The notes under the pieces are model-generated. The model was not told the DNA's origin. It saw only the letters and a list, made by a program, of their open reading frames with translations, and searched no databases. From Saprolegnia diclina VS20 (lineage: Eukaryota): 64,000 nucleotides of DNA. The translations under genes were made by a program, and so were the position numbers. Of the stretch, positions 22,601 to 33,046 are shown in pieces. Numbering within the stretch: position 1 is the stretch's first letter; each line of letters starts with the position of its first letter. The DNA lies in contig NW_008246082.1 of NCBI RefSeq assembly GCF_000281045.1, positions 542,448-606,447 of the forward strand. The letters run 5' to 3'.

Positions 22601-23757
22601 AGCGTGTCGACGACCGACACGAGCGCCATTTGGACGCGTTCGTTGGTCTCGCGGAGGCGCGCCATGGTCTTGGCTTTGGTCTGGTCCGTGTGCGCGCAGA
22701 GGAGGTCGCCGGGCACCGCGTCGTCCGGGAGGCTGCAGTGTCGAAAGAACGGCCCGAGGAACGACGCCACTTCCATGGTCTTGCCGCTGATGATGTCGGG
22801 CAGCCAGAGCTGCGAGCGCACGAGCACGTCGCGAAACGTGCGCGACGAGAGCATCTCGACGAGCATCTCGAGGATCGGGAGCATGTTGGCGCCGGCGGTC
22901 AACGGCAGCTCGGCCATGCGTCGCCGGAGCGCCATCGCCGTGTCGAGCGCGAGCGCGGCCGACGGACGGTTGCGGCTGCAGAGCGCCTCGAAGGTCGAGG
23001 CCCAGAGCCCGGTCACGAGCCGGCGCTTGTAGTGCGGCGCGGCCGGCGGTAGCGTCTTGGTGCCAGTCGGAATCCGCGTGTAGCATTCTTTGCATAGATT
23101 GACGTTGCAGCCCGCGCAGCGGTACACCACGTCCGTCTTGACGATCGCGGCGCGGTGGCAGATGGTGCACTGCCACGTTGCCGTCGACGCTTTGCTGGTC
23201 GTCGCCGTGTGGAAGGCGACCGACCCATTCGAGGGCACGAGCGGGTGCACGTGCGACGGATGCAGGTGGCCAAACTCCATCGTCGAGAGCGCCTCCGAGA
23301 CGAGCGTGTCCGCAATGTTGAACGTCGAGTCTTGGAGGAGCGTGTTGACATGGGCGTTGATCATGTTGTTGGCCATCGCAAAGCCGACGGCCACGAGCGC
23401 CGACGCGATGCACTCGAGGAGGGCCGCGTCTGTAACGACGCGCTTTTCGGCGTTGATGCGGTCGACGCAGTCAAAGAGCTCGTCAATGATGGCCAGCACC
23501 TTCTGGTACGTGGGCGGCGCCATCGCGTCGGTAGCGTCTGTATGCGCGATTTCGTTAAAGAACTCCATGCCATGGACCGTGACAGCGCAGCCGGGCTGGC
23601 ACTCGAGCGCCGGCGAGAGCGGCCGGAGGCGGAGCAGTCGCATTAGCAGCTGCATTTGCGCCTGGACAGTTCGCAAGACCTCATGGTGCTGCTCGTCCGA
23701 CGCCCGCGGCTGGAAGAGCCGGCGAAGCCCGTCGCTCTGGCTCGTCAAGGTGAACAT
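19681..23757 (-). CDS. UFD2/UBE4-type U-box ubiquitin ligase (E4) with three ZZ-type zinc fingers, 1358 aa, single exon
   Basis: Ufd2 core motifs FLGPFF, SDGFLTNL, VPEAFL and NSPHVR. C-terminal U-box VPDEYLDPILHTLMLHPVQLPSGHIVDRSMIERHLL...NPFSREPL. ZZ finger CDHCQAKDFVGVRYKCGFCDDYDLCGHCF. Confidence 0.9.
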   Translation of the reverse strand: MFTLTSQSDGLRRLFQPRASDEQHHEVLRTVQAQMQLLMRLLRLRPLSPALECQPGCAVTVHGMEFFNEIAHTDATDAMAPPTYQKVLAIIDELFDCVDRINAEKRVVTDAALLECIASALVAVGFAMANNMINAHVNTLLQDSTFNIADTLVSEALSTMEFGHLHPSHVHPLVPSNGSVAFHTATTSKASTATWQCTICHRAAIVKTDVVYRCAGCNVNLCKECYTRIPTGTKTLPPAAPHYKRRLVTGLWASTFEALCSRNRPSAALALDTAMALRRRMAELPLTAGANMLPILEMLVEMLSSRTFRDVLVRSQLWLPDIISGKTMEVASFLGPFFRHCSLPDDAVPGDLLCAHTDQTKAKTMARLRETNERVQMALVSVVDTLLRHGGVVTEAMLCWLTCAIESNGIRRRLGHSPVECASDGFLTNLAAVALHFAAETQPSEIDARYHGYTLGGRISMADMARLVKTPATSKDDATCGRATTAASSYYPSYEANLGVVCDHCQAKDFVGVRYKCGFCDDYDLCGHCFERFYEQNHVLRHSPDHAFIRMSVPLPQVTTWPFRKCADLFEGDATTDIDECASMTCDVCAVTITDRGFQCGACDRFVCASCVDVEEQLAISPGLFGDASLNPHRLHAPGHHYFVLPATLWRHRRRVRFGGALYPPPFISAFRDTDRQVTEWWYMALKVLHVGPVLSMMRYVSVHREYQQLKALCNMESRSRQQGAAGRRSSRSSHSMNLNANHLRVEELLKTKTAMEVQLFAPSLLQALFGFYARVSSWLLHLAGVGPLHADSMCPTDVPAAYADVPEAFLCNVADVAYILGVHPCDGVAWTSEILTPLLTLLFFVLSHRPLTNSPHVRVQLIRALLSLAPLTKDNTSRAPPLLYDLLSTNAFLRAQAVSCLLSCHSDLETYSSSTGGDTSWGLLPARLSTTLLLRWLWNNQVQQPRIIAQQDAHSMVLLFSGVLNDITRLLDEASVKVTAMRRLQELQDSPHTTTGAYFQPSMMQSYLALHFNKARTTFRVLIECLELLAWMASAPALRAVLCRRSLVDQTATTLCFVVSSLETQLHPTRWGFSGEIFQDGMLALAEALLIVVRCAGYHATCPEASSWKLSNYAGILMEEKIGDLDVHQRWKLSSCLFRLEKEAMAPPALERMPSDDEDDVTDDSDDAMDEDAALARLELMAAHRRQQADDDRAQKQLSQRFLAALAADGRFEPVRFRRAAVLLRSDPSLTNMWRDKFVEVVDYTETLLQRQAAMETQLGSVPDEYLDPILHTLMLHPVQLPSGHIVDRSMIERHLLSASVNPFSREPLTMEMLLPCTELQAQIHRFVRQKLSRPLATDGSDDDWGLGWDSLFEASP

Positions 23758-24236
23758 GGCGGCCCCGCGCCGATGGTGGGTGCGACGGAACGACTCAAAT
23801 GAACTCGCCGAGAGCAGTTCGTCGACATCCGGATACGCTTTCGATGGAAATTTATTTCAATGCAACATAAAACAGGGCAATGTATGGCGTTCTCGTAGGT
23901 TAAAAACACGCCACTTTGCATTCCTGCACGCTAGAGACGGACGCGCCACCGCGCGCGGTACGAACCTCCTCCCATCATTTCTTGTGCGCAGCTCGAGTCA
24001 GGCACACGCCGCTGTGCGCAACGCGGCGCTACTCCCCGACTTACACGGATGGCGTTGTAAAGTTGCGTGCGAGTAGCCAATCGAATCCGGAAAGCCGCAG
24101 GAAGAGCCAGTGTTGCTGCTCCTTCCCTCATGTCAACAGGAACTTCAACCCAAGTGACTTGCTTGCCGAGGTGGTCGGAACCGCCAGTAGATATATGTAC
24201 AAGTGCAGAATGACCTCCGCCGACAGAGTAGAGTCT

Positions 24237-25729
24237 CTAACTGGACGACGAGGTCTGCGCCTTGAGGGCGTGCAGCTGCGTCTTGAGCGCATGGTTTTGC
24301 ATCATGGCCTTCTCCAAGGCGGGGACGACCGTCGAGTTGAGCTGCTCGACGTCGTCAAGGAGCTCTTGGTTCTTCTTGGCGCTCTCGTCCACCTACACAA
24401 GGCGGTCATCTCGACACGTCGCCGTCGTCGACGTACTTTGTGCTGGAGCGCTGCGTTCTCTCGCTGGGTCGCGATCAACTTTTGCTGGAGCTCGTTGATC
24501 TACATGGCAGGCAGTCCGACATGCTTGCTACGGCGGGATGGAGTACCTGCTGAAGGTACACTTGGTTGGAGAAGAGAAGCTCGTGCTTGTCTTCTTCACG
24601 GGCTTTGGCGACGAGAACACACTTGCGTATTTCCTAGTCCCAGAGGATACGACCGCCGACTACAAATAGGTCAACGCACTCGCTTGAGCTGGACGCAGAG
24701 CTCACTGAGCTCGCCGTCGCCGTCGGCCTCCAGGAGCTTGGCTTCAAAGTCGTTGAAGATGGGCATCACCGACGCGCCCGCGTCACCATGGGCGTCGTCC
24801 AGATATTCTTTGATCGCGTTGTGCTTGACGGCCAGCTCCTGCAGACGAAGAGGCGAGTGAGATGCATGGGAGGGCAGAAGGATGAACCTTGTACTTGGCT
24901 TGGAGGAGCATGTGCTTTTCCTAAACTTGTGCGTCAACGAGTAGCTCGATGAAGGACGAAGACGCACCTCCTGCACGGCTGCGATGGCGGCTGCTTGTTC
25001 CTACCGTACGCATCAACAGGCGACGAAGAAGGATGGGGCCAGACCTTGGTGGTCGCGGCAAGACGCGCCAGCTCCGCCTGCACAGGTATCGGGATGTATG
25101 ATGCAGTTGACGCACGTGGTGCGTACCTCGTGGGCAGCTCGGAGCGTCTCGACTTCTCGCTGCAGCTCGCGTTCCCGCGGAGATGGGCTTGTAGTAGCCT
25201 GGGCAACTGCTGCCGAAAGTTGCCTTGTCAGCGCCTACAGATATGGTGGGTATGGCTGTGTGTACAGGCCATGGCCAACCTGCATCTGGGCCACGTACGA
25301 AGCCATGTCGTCCGTCGGTTGATCGACCTTGATGTCGAACGACGTCGTTGCCTCTTTCTAGTGTCTGCGTGAGTCCTCGTGGGTGGATGTAGCGACGTGC
25401 ACCTTGAAGGGCGACGCGGGTTTGGGCCGCTTCATGGTCATCTCGTGCTGGAGGTCGCGTTCGGCTCTAGCGGGCGGGCCAAGAAGAGCTGTGAGCCGCC
25501 GCTTCTTGGAGGTGAGAAGCTCGAGGCCACCGTTTTCCTTGTTGGCGATGCTTCTTCCGAGGAAGCTGCTCGTCATGCTCATGGCTGGTCCGGAACTTAG
25601 CGCTGGGCCGGCGTTCGCGGTGGGGATATCGGCCACTGGCTTCAAGGTCCGGTGCTTCTGCTCGCGCCATTGCTTCTCTCGCTCCTGCCACTGAAGCAGC
25701 TTCTCCCGCATGAGCTGCGACTGCATCAT
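24237..25729 (-). CDS. Hypothetical coiled-coil protein (multi-exon)
   Basis: MMQSQLMREKLLQWQEREKQWREQK start, then charged helical exons separated by short GT-AG introns, ending AQTSSSS-stop. No family recognised. Confidence 0.55.
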
Positions 25730-26256
25730 GGAGGATCGACCGTCGAGGACCTTGGCCGCGGGTCCGTCGCGACGAAAATTCAGAAATTTGAATTGCCCCA
25801 TCTGGCCGGAACCCTGCCTTCCGGCATTCATTTACATACCAAAAGCACCATAAAAGCAACCATTAAAGTCCCCTTTGTATGACGCTATTGCTGCGATCCA
25901 CCTATACAAAAACCTTGATTCACCAGTGGCGGCGACGCAATTTTCCAACTTTTTTTAAATAATATTTTTATTCTACCACGCGACCTCGTGGCAGCACGAC
26001 AGCGCAAGGACGCTTCGCACACTCTTCTTGCGTCAACCGGACCAGCGCTACGATGCTTCTCTCCACCTTGCGCTGTACTATACACTAGTACGAGCCTCCG
26101 TCCAGCCGGTACCTTCGATATCCGCGTCTTGGACGCACCACCGACACCAACCATGCACCAGCAGCGCTGCGCCATCGCCTTGTACTCGGCGTATATTCAG
26201 TCATCCATGGGTTTTATTGACCCATGAGTCATCTTAGTTGCTTCGAGCCTTGTCGT

Positions 26257-28874
26257 CTAGGGCGGGCCGTACGCTGGCGGGTACGGAGCCTGCATCGGCG
26301 GGCGTTGCGCCGGCCGCGAGACAGCGAGAGGTAGGCGAAGCACGGGGCTGATGGGCTGCAGGAACGACTCGATGTGGGCGACGCGGGGTGTGCGCATGCA
26401 GAGTTCGACCTCGAGGTGCACGAGCCCCGTGACGGCCATCGGGACGCAGCACGCGCTGATCGCCGCGCGCCAGAGACTCGCATGCGCCCAGCTAACGTCG
26501 CGCGGCGTGAGCTCCAACTGCAGCGGCTCTTGATGCGGCAGACAAATCTAATCACACCTCAACATACAGTCACTCGCGCGGTGGCTACCTTGAGCACGAG
26601 ACTGTGCGGGTCCTCGACGTTGTACGCAGTGATCGCCAGTGGCACATCGCAGGGCCACCCCGCGACCGTCGCCAGCGGCTCGTGCGGTGTCGCCCACTCG
26701 ACCTATAGCATATTGTCAGCCGCCATGGCGTCAACCGACGTCGTACGGTCGCATGCACATGCCGCGTCCAACGAGGCGCCGCCTCGAACCAATTTACGGG
26801 CCACCACGCATGCAGCTGCTCCAGCGTCGCCGACCGGAGCTCGTCGAGCGACGTCGCATGCAGCTCTCGCAGTCGCGGCCACTCGACCATCATGGCGCGG
26901 GCATCCTCGAGGCTCGTCGCAACGTAGCAGCGGACCAGCGCCAGCAACTACACACGACTCAGCCCTTGCATCAGGTACGCCATCACGTACGTCAAGGGCC
27001 GACGCTCGCTCGAGATGGCTTGGCGCCGCGACCGCGAGGTACGTGACACTTGTCTCGAGCACGCGTTGCCAGTGCGCCCCGCCGTGGCGGAGCTCGAGGA
27101 CGCCGTCGAGGAGGCTGAGTACAATGTTCTTGTAGCGCGACGAGACAAAGTCACTTGGCGTCATCTCGATCGCCGCCGCCTACGCGCTCCTTGTGAGACT
27201 GGCGCACGGACTTGGGACAGTAGACCTGCTGGAGGAGCTCGGTCGCATGGGCGATTGACGTCGGCACTTGGTGCAAGCACTGCAACGGGTGACGCGGTGG
27301 CAGCGGCACAGACGCCGTGTGGACGAGCAGCGATGGCGCGCTGCGCTGGCTCGGCGTCGCCAGCGCTGTTAGGAGTGGAGACGCAGAGACGTCACCGCGT
27401 TGCACCCAGAGCGCCGAGATCAGTGCGCCGATCGTACGGGCATGGACCACGAGCTGCGCTTGCAGATAGCGCGGCGCCGATGCATAGAGCGGGGTCACGA
27501 CCGACGAGATGAAAGCGACGACGCTCGACGCATGGTACGGCGTCTCGAGCGCGAGCTTGGTGACAACCGAGAGCAGCACGGTGGCCCCTTGGGCGTGCGG
27601 CGCCCGGAGCGCGTGACGCAGCAGAAACGAAAGCTGCGAGGCTCAAGTCAAAGGAGAGATACCATGGGATACGCCAATGTACCTGCTCGGTCGAGACCGT
27701 GAAGCGGCCAAATCGCGCCGCATAGACGCTGAGAAGCGCGTCGAGAGCAAGGAGGAATTGGAGCTGCGTGTTGAGCGCGCTGTCTTCGTGGCTGGCGTCG
27801 GCGTGGGCCGAAATCGCATGTTCGAGCGCCTCCTGCGGCAACGACGACGACGTGCTGGCCTTGCACACGTGCACGACGCTCCGCGACGCCTCACAACGCA
27901 CCTACAGGCGAAGGCGGCGGATCAGGGAATCGTCAGCAGATGACGAAATAGACCTCTTGCGAGACGTCTTCCAACAGCGACAAGAGCACGCCGTTGCAGA
28001 CGAGCTGCCAGCGCTGCCCCTCCATGTTGTGCTCGTCGAGCTGCGCCTTGGCCAAGAGCTGTGGCACGTACTCGGTCGACACAAAGCGGAAGCTCAGCGC
28101 TGCTTCCACTCGGACACTCTCCGCGCGGTCGGCCGCTGCGAGCGAGAGACCGTGCAGGAGTCGCTCCATCTGCGTTCGGCCGTGCTGGAGCGTGACGGTT
28201 CGAAACAAGCGGACGCCGTCGACGCGGCCGTCCTTCGTTGGCGCGTGCAGCATGAGGTTCCACGCCGTCTGGACGAGCGAGATGGGGAGCTGCTGCTTCC
28301 GGGACGCCAGATCGAGGAGGCCGTCGATGGCGATCGCTTGGATGCCGGCGCCGTCTTCGTCGAGAAATTCGGCGCAGATCGCGACCGCGTCGACGAGGCG
28401 ACCATGTTCGATGAGGTACTTGACGATGAGCACCATGAGCTCTTCGCGCCATTGGCGGTCGTCAAAGAGGTTCTTGCTCTGGCGTAAGTTGGTCAGGAAC
28501 CCGTCGACTTCAAAGTGCGTGGCGAGGAGCCCGGGCTTGACCGCGAGGAAGAGCCGCTGGGCGCGAAAGACAGCGCTCAGCACGACGAGGCGATTCGGGC
28601 CCTCGAACGAGTCGCCTATGCTGCACACAAACCCGACTTGTGCCGTCGATGCACAGAGCGGCGAGCACGCCGCGAGCGCTTGCCGGCCGACCAGCGTCGC
28701 GCGCAAGCCCGCGTCCGACTCGTCGAGGATGTGGGCCTGCAGCTTAGTCCAGAAGGCGTCGTCCACAAGCGCGTCGCCCATCGCGAGGTTCGTCTCTTCC
28801 AAGAGCGCATGGACCGAGTTGAGCCGACCGCGCGTCGGCGTGACGTCCAGCGTCGGGTCGTACGGCGCTGCCAT
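26257..28874 (-). CDS. Hypothetical helical-repeat-like protein (multi-exon)
   Basis: Long Leu-rich, codon-biased exon starting MAAPYDPTLDV, plus downstream protein-like exons. The 3' boundary is uncertain. Confidence 0.5.
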
Positions 28875-29017
28875 GCAAGGTTTCAAGATCCGGATAATAC
28901 CTCCAACCGGATATCTCCGTGGGAAGATCGCAAACACAGAACTCTAAGAAGTGAGACTCAGCGTCGTCGTCGTTGCTACGACTACGTCACTCTCGTCGCC
29001 ATCGCGATGACCTATGG

Positions 29018-32000
29018 CTAGCTCCGCGCCTTCTTCTTCCGAGGCGGCGTCTGCGTCTTGGTACTGCTACTGCTTCCGGCCTTGCGCTTGGCCGGCGCCG
29101 CTTCCATCTTGTCTTGGAGATTGCCCATCGTATTCGCAAACACGTCAAAGTCGACGTGGTGGTCGACGTCGTCAAAGAGCTCCGACTTGAGCACTTTGCG
29201 CGCGGCCATGCGCCGCTTCGGGTCCAAGTCCAAGAGCGATTCAAAGATCGGGAGGTACGCGTCCGGGAAGGTCGGGGCGCGTTCCCGGATCGCCTTGCGG
29301 ATGCGCACCGCGTACTTCTCTTTCGGCGCGCACTGGGCGAGCTTGTCGGCGTCGACGCCCGCCGCATACTCGTCAGGCGGCGACCCGCAAATGCGAAAGA
29401 TGTATTCGATCTGCTTCTTCCAGTCCTTGCCGCAAATCAGCGGCGCGCCGAGGAGGATGTTGATGGCGACGCAGCCGGCGGCCCAGAGATCCGCCTTCTT
29501 CGAGTAGACTTTGGCGCCGAGGAGCACTTCGGGCGCCGTCACATGCAGCAGCGTGCCGTGCGTGTGGTCGCAGTGCTCGCCGTCCATGAGCGCGTACCCG
29601 CCCGAGAGGTCGCCCTTCGTGTTGACATGTCGCGCGTTGTAGAAGCCACCGAGTTTGACGCCATCTTTGAAGACAAACACTAGCCACTCCATGAGCCTCG
29701 AACGACCGCGGGACACGTACAGTTGGAGGGCGAGATGGACCGGTGGACGATGTTGTGGTCGTGGCACAGCGCGACGCTGCGAAAGAGGTCGAGGACCGCG
29801 CGCTTCCGGATCGGGTACGGGATCTTGACCTTAGCTTCCAGGAGCGACGAGTACAAGTGCAGTGGTCGCTCGAACGCCAAGTAATGGGCGCCCACCTACA
29901 AGAGAAGATGCAAATGGTGCACTGGACAGACGTCGTACGGGCAGCGACGCGTCGTCGGACGGGGACGGCGGACTGAGAGTGCGGAGCTCTGGGTCAGTAC
30001 TGGGCGCATGGCGGCGCTTTGTGGCGGCTTTCGGGTCGGGGAAGACGAGCCCGAGGAGATTGAAAATCAGCGACGGCTCGAGCACGTGGAGGTTCATGAC
30101 GGTAGCGATTTCCTATCGAGATGCTGTGAGCACAAAAGAATCAAGAGACGGTCGACCTGCAGGGCGACTTGGACGATGCCCGTCTCTTCGTGCACGAGCT
30201 TGGTCGGGTCGCGGTACGGCCACGGCTGCAGGTACACGTCACGGTTGGCAAGGTCGCACTCGACGTTCGCGCGCACGGTCGCGAGGTACGACCGCTTGCG
30301 GATGCGCACAGCGCGCTCCATGTCGGTGGTGAGAAGGCGCGGCGAGTCCTTCACGGCACCCGCGGGCGGCAGGTGCGAGGAGCGATCCAGTGGCGGGTAC
30401 TTGCGCGCCTTGTCGTCGGCGCTAAAGTCAGGATGGCGGGACCACAGCTCGAGGCGCGCGAGCAGCCGCTTCCAGTAGACCTCGGCGTCGCCGTCGCGAT
30501 ACAGCTGGAAGCTAAAAAACTTGGCCAACGTCCGCGTCGCCGCCGACCACATGCCAAAGTACTTTGGCTCGACCGCCGGGAGCACTTCGACCGGATACCG
30601 ACTCGTGGGACGCGACGGGTGGCCATCGCCGCCGGCCGCGTCCGTGCGCTTGAGCGAGTCGTGCGCGGACGCCACGTACAAAACGCCGAGCACGATCGTC
30701 TCGATCGAGCACTGCATCCACAGCGTGTGCGAGAGCGAGTCGGCGAGGAGGTACTTGGCGTCCTTTTGCACCTCAATCGCGATCGGGATGCCACGCCGCT
30801 TCATGTAAAAGTCGAGCAGCGAGTACGGGTCTTGGCTGCTCACGTCGTACATGACGCCTTCGAGGACGACGCTCTCCATCGCGAGGAGCTGGCGCGACAC
30901 GAGGCGCATGGCATCCGCGGCGTCGATGCGTGCACCGGGGTACCGGACCGCGTAGATGCACGACGTGAATTTCTGCCAATCGATCGACCGCGCGTGGCAC
31001 TTGAGGACGACGTGGAGGCACGCGGCGGCGACCCACTCGATCGTCGACGCGTTCATGGGCTGGATGCTGATGTAGCGGTAGAAGAGCACGATGGCCGCTA
31101 CGTTGTCTTCGCGCTCGCAGCGCAACTTCATGGCGACCTTGAGGATGATGTTGGTGCACTTCTCGCGGAGCGAGTGCTCGACGGCCGGCGACATGCCATG
31201 GCGCCGCGACGGCGAGTCGGACACGTCTTTGACAAACCAGTGCAGGTTCCGCCCAAACGCATAGCTCAAGCGCGGCGTCTCTGGTGGCGGTGGCGACACG
31301 GGCGACATCGCGACGTGGCGGGACGGACGACCAAAGAACTTGGTCTTCTCGTAGTGCTGCACGTCGCGCTCGGACGCATCGATGACGCGCGCGACGCAGC
31401 TCGCGAGCCGCCGGTTGTCGAGGCGCGCCCGCATCGCGTCGTAGACCTTGGCGTCCGAGAACTCGAGCAGCGCCCACGTCGACCCGTTCGCAGCGTCGTA
31501 TTCGAACGCGTCGAACGAGACGAGCGTGCTCGCGCGGCCGCCTAGCATGCGGCGAAAGTACTCTTCGTTGCAGACTTTGTCGAGGTTCTTGACAAAGAGC
31601 TTGGTATGGCACAGTGGCGACGCCTTGGCGACGAACGGGGGCTCGGGCGGCGGACTCGCTGCCGGCGCCTCGATGTTCACGGGCGTCTTGACGTCCCAGC
31701 GCGTCGTGCGGCGTCGTGGCGGCGGTCGCTGTACCTACAACAAAGAGGCGTCGTACGCGGTGCAGAAGACGAGGTGGACCTTGGGGATGCTAAAGATGTG
31801 TGTCCGAATCTCGTCGTCCGAGAGCCCTTCAAAGTCCAAGTACACTTGGTATTTGAGCGTCGAGAGATTGATCGTCTCGGTCGCGCTGGCGTCGTCGACT
31901 TGCACGTGGTGACGGGCTGTCTCTGGGTCGTACCTACGTCCGTGTGACCACGATGGAAACGTGAGGTTCAAGGTACGTACTCGACGACGCGAAGGACGCG

Positions 32001-32878
32001 GAAGGGCGCGTCGTCGCGATGTGATTCGAAGACGCGAATCTTGCGGTGCACGAGCTGGAAGCCTTGGTCGGCGTCGGTCGGCTCCTTGAAGACGCCGTGG
32101 GCTTCGGGCAGCGCGACGTCTTCGCCGATGTAGCCCGAGCACGTCGCTGCTCCACAGTGGCACCTGTGCATGCATATCGTAAAGCAGTATCGAGCTCGGA
32201 CACGTACGTGATGCGCATGGTGCCGATCACCTGCCACTGGTAGTCGAACGTGATCTCTTCCATAGGTGCAATCGCCCGCAGCGCGTAGACGAGGAAGCGC
32301 ATTTCGCCGTCGACGATCCACTTTTCGACCTTGCAATTCGGGTCGCAGCTGTGGTTGACAAAGCGTGTAAAGCCACCGCGGTGACGGGCGTCGTTGAAGA
32401 CGCCGGGCTCGACTTGAATGTAGTAAAAGTTGGTCTCGTGGCGGCCAAGGCCCGCGCAGCGCCGCTGGAGCTCCTTCTGGTCGATGATTTCGCCCACGTA
32501 CTCGCCGATGGGGTCATTGCGCTCAATCGCGACGCGCGTCCGGACCCCATAGCCCTTGCTTTCCGTCTTGAACGCTTCGAGCGTCGGGAAGGACTCGGGG
32601 CGTTGCAGTCGCTGGTTGCGGCACGCACTCCCCGAGGGGCACCGCCCGCGCGGGCACTCGGTGTACGTGGCGACGTTGATGCATGTCTCGTCGCAGCACG
32701 TCCCGTCGTCGTCCGTGTCGGGCCGCGAGCAAAAGCAGAGGTCGGTCTCGACGGCGTGCGGGCGCGCCATCGGAGGCACGTACACGGACCGCGCGATGAG
32801 CTCAAAGCCGCGGGCGCGGGCGACGTCCTCCATGGCCACGGGCGCGTCGTCGTCGTCCGCAGCGCTCCGGCTGCCCAT
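29018..32878 (-). CDS. Fusion protein: AWS-SET-postSET histone methyltransferase + Tudor-like + RRM + cyclin box + CDK-like pseudokinase; 7 exons, 1198 aa
   Basis: Exons 32878-32208, 32163-31981, 31933-31780, 31734-30157, 30112-29939, 29895-29721 and 29679-29018 total 3597 nt in one frame, with six GT-AG introns of 41-47 bp. SET motifs KGYGV, GEYVGEII, RFVNHSCDPNC, EEITFDY, CHCGAATCSGYIG. RRM KLFVKNL. Cyclin AAIVLFYRY...VAAACLHVVLK. Kinase TAPEVLLGAKVYSKKADLWAAGC, LLDLDPKRR. Confidence 0.85.
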
Positions 32879-33046
32879 GCTGCAGGTGTCTCGACGCCCA
32901 AGAAATCCTCGGCTTGGTTCAATTTTGTTCTTATCCAATCAAGTTCCAGGACGTGTCCGGATAATCGCACTCGTTTTTGGATCTTGTGCAAGAAGAAAGG
33001 TCGTGGCGAGGTGTAGTCGTTAGGCGACTTAGTACATGCTACCTAC

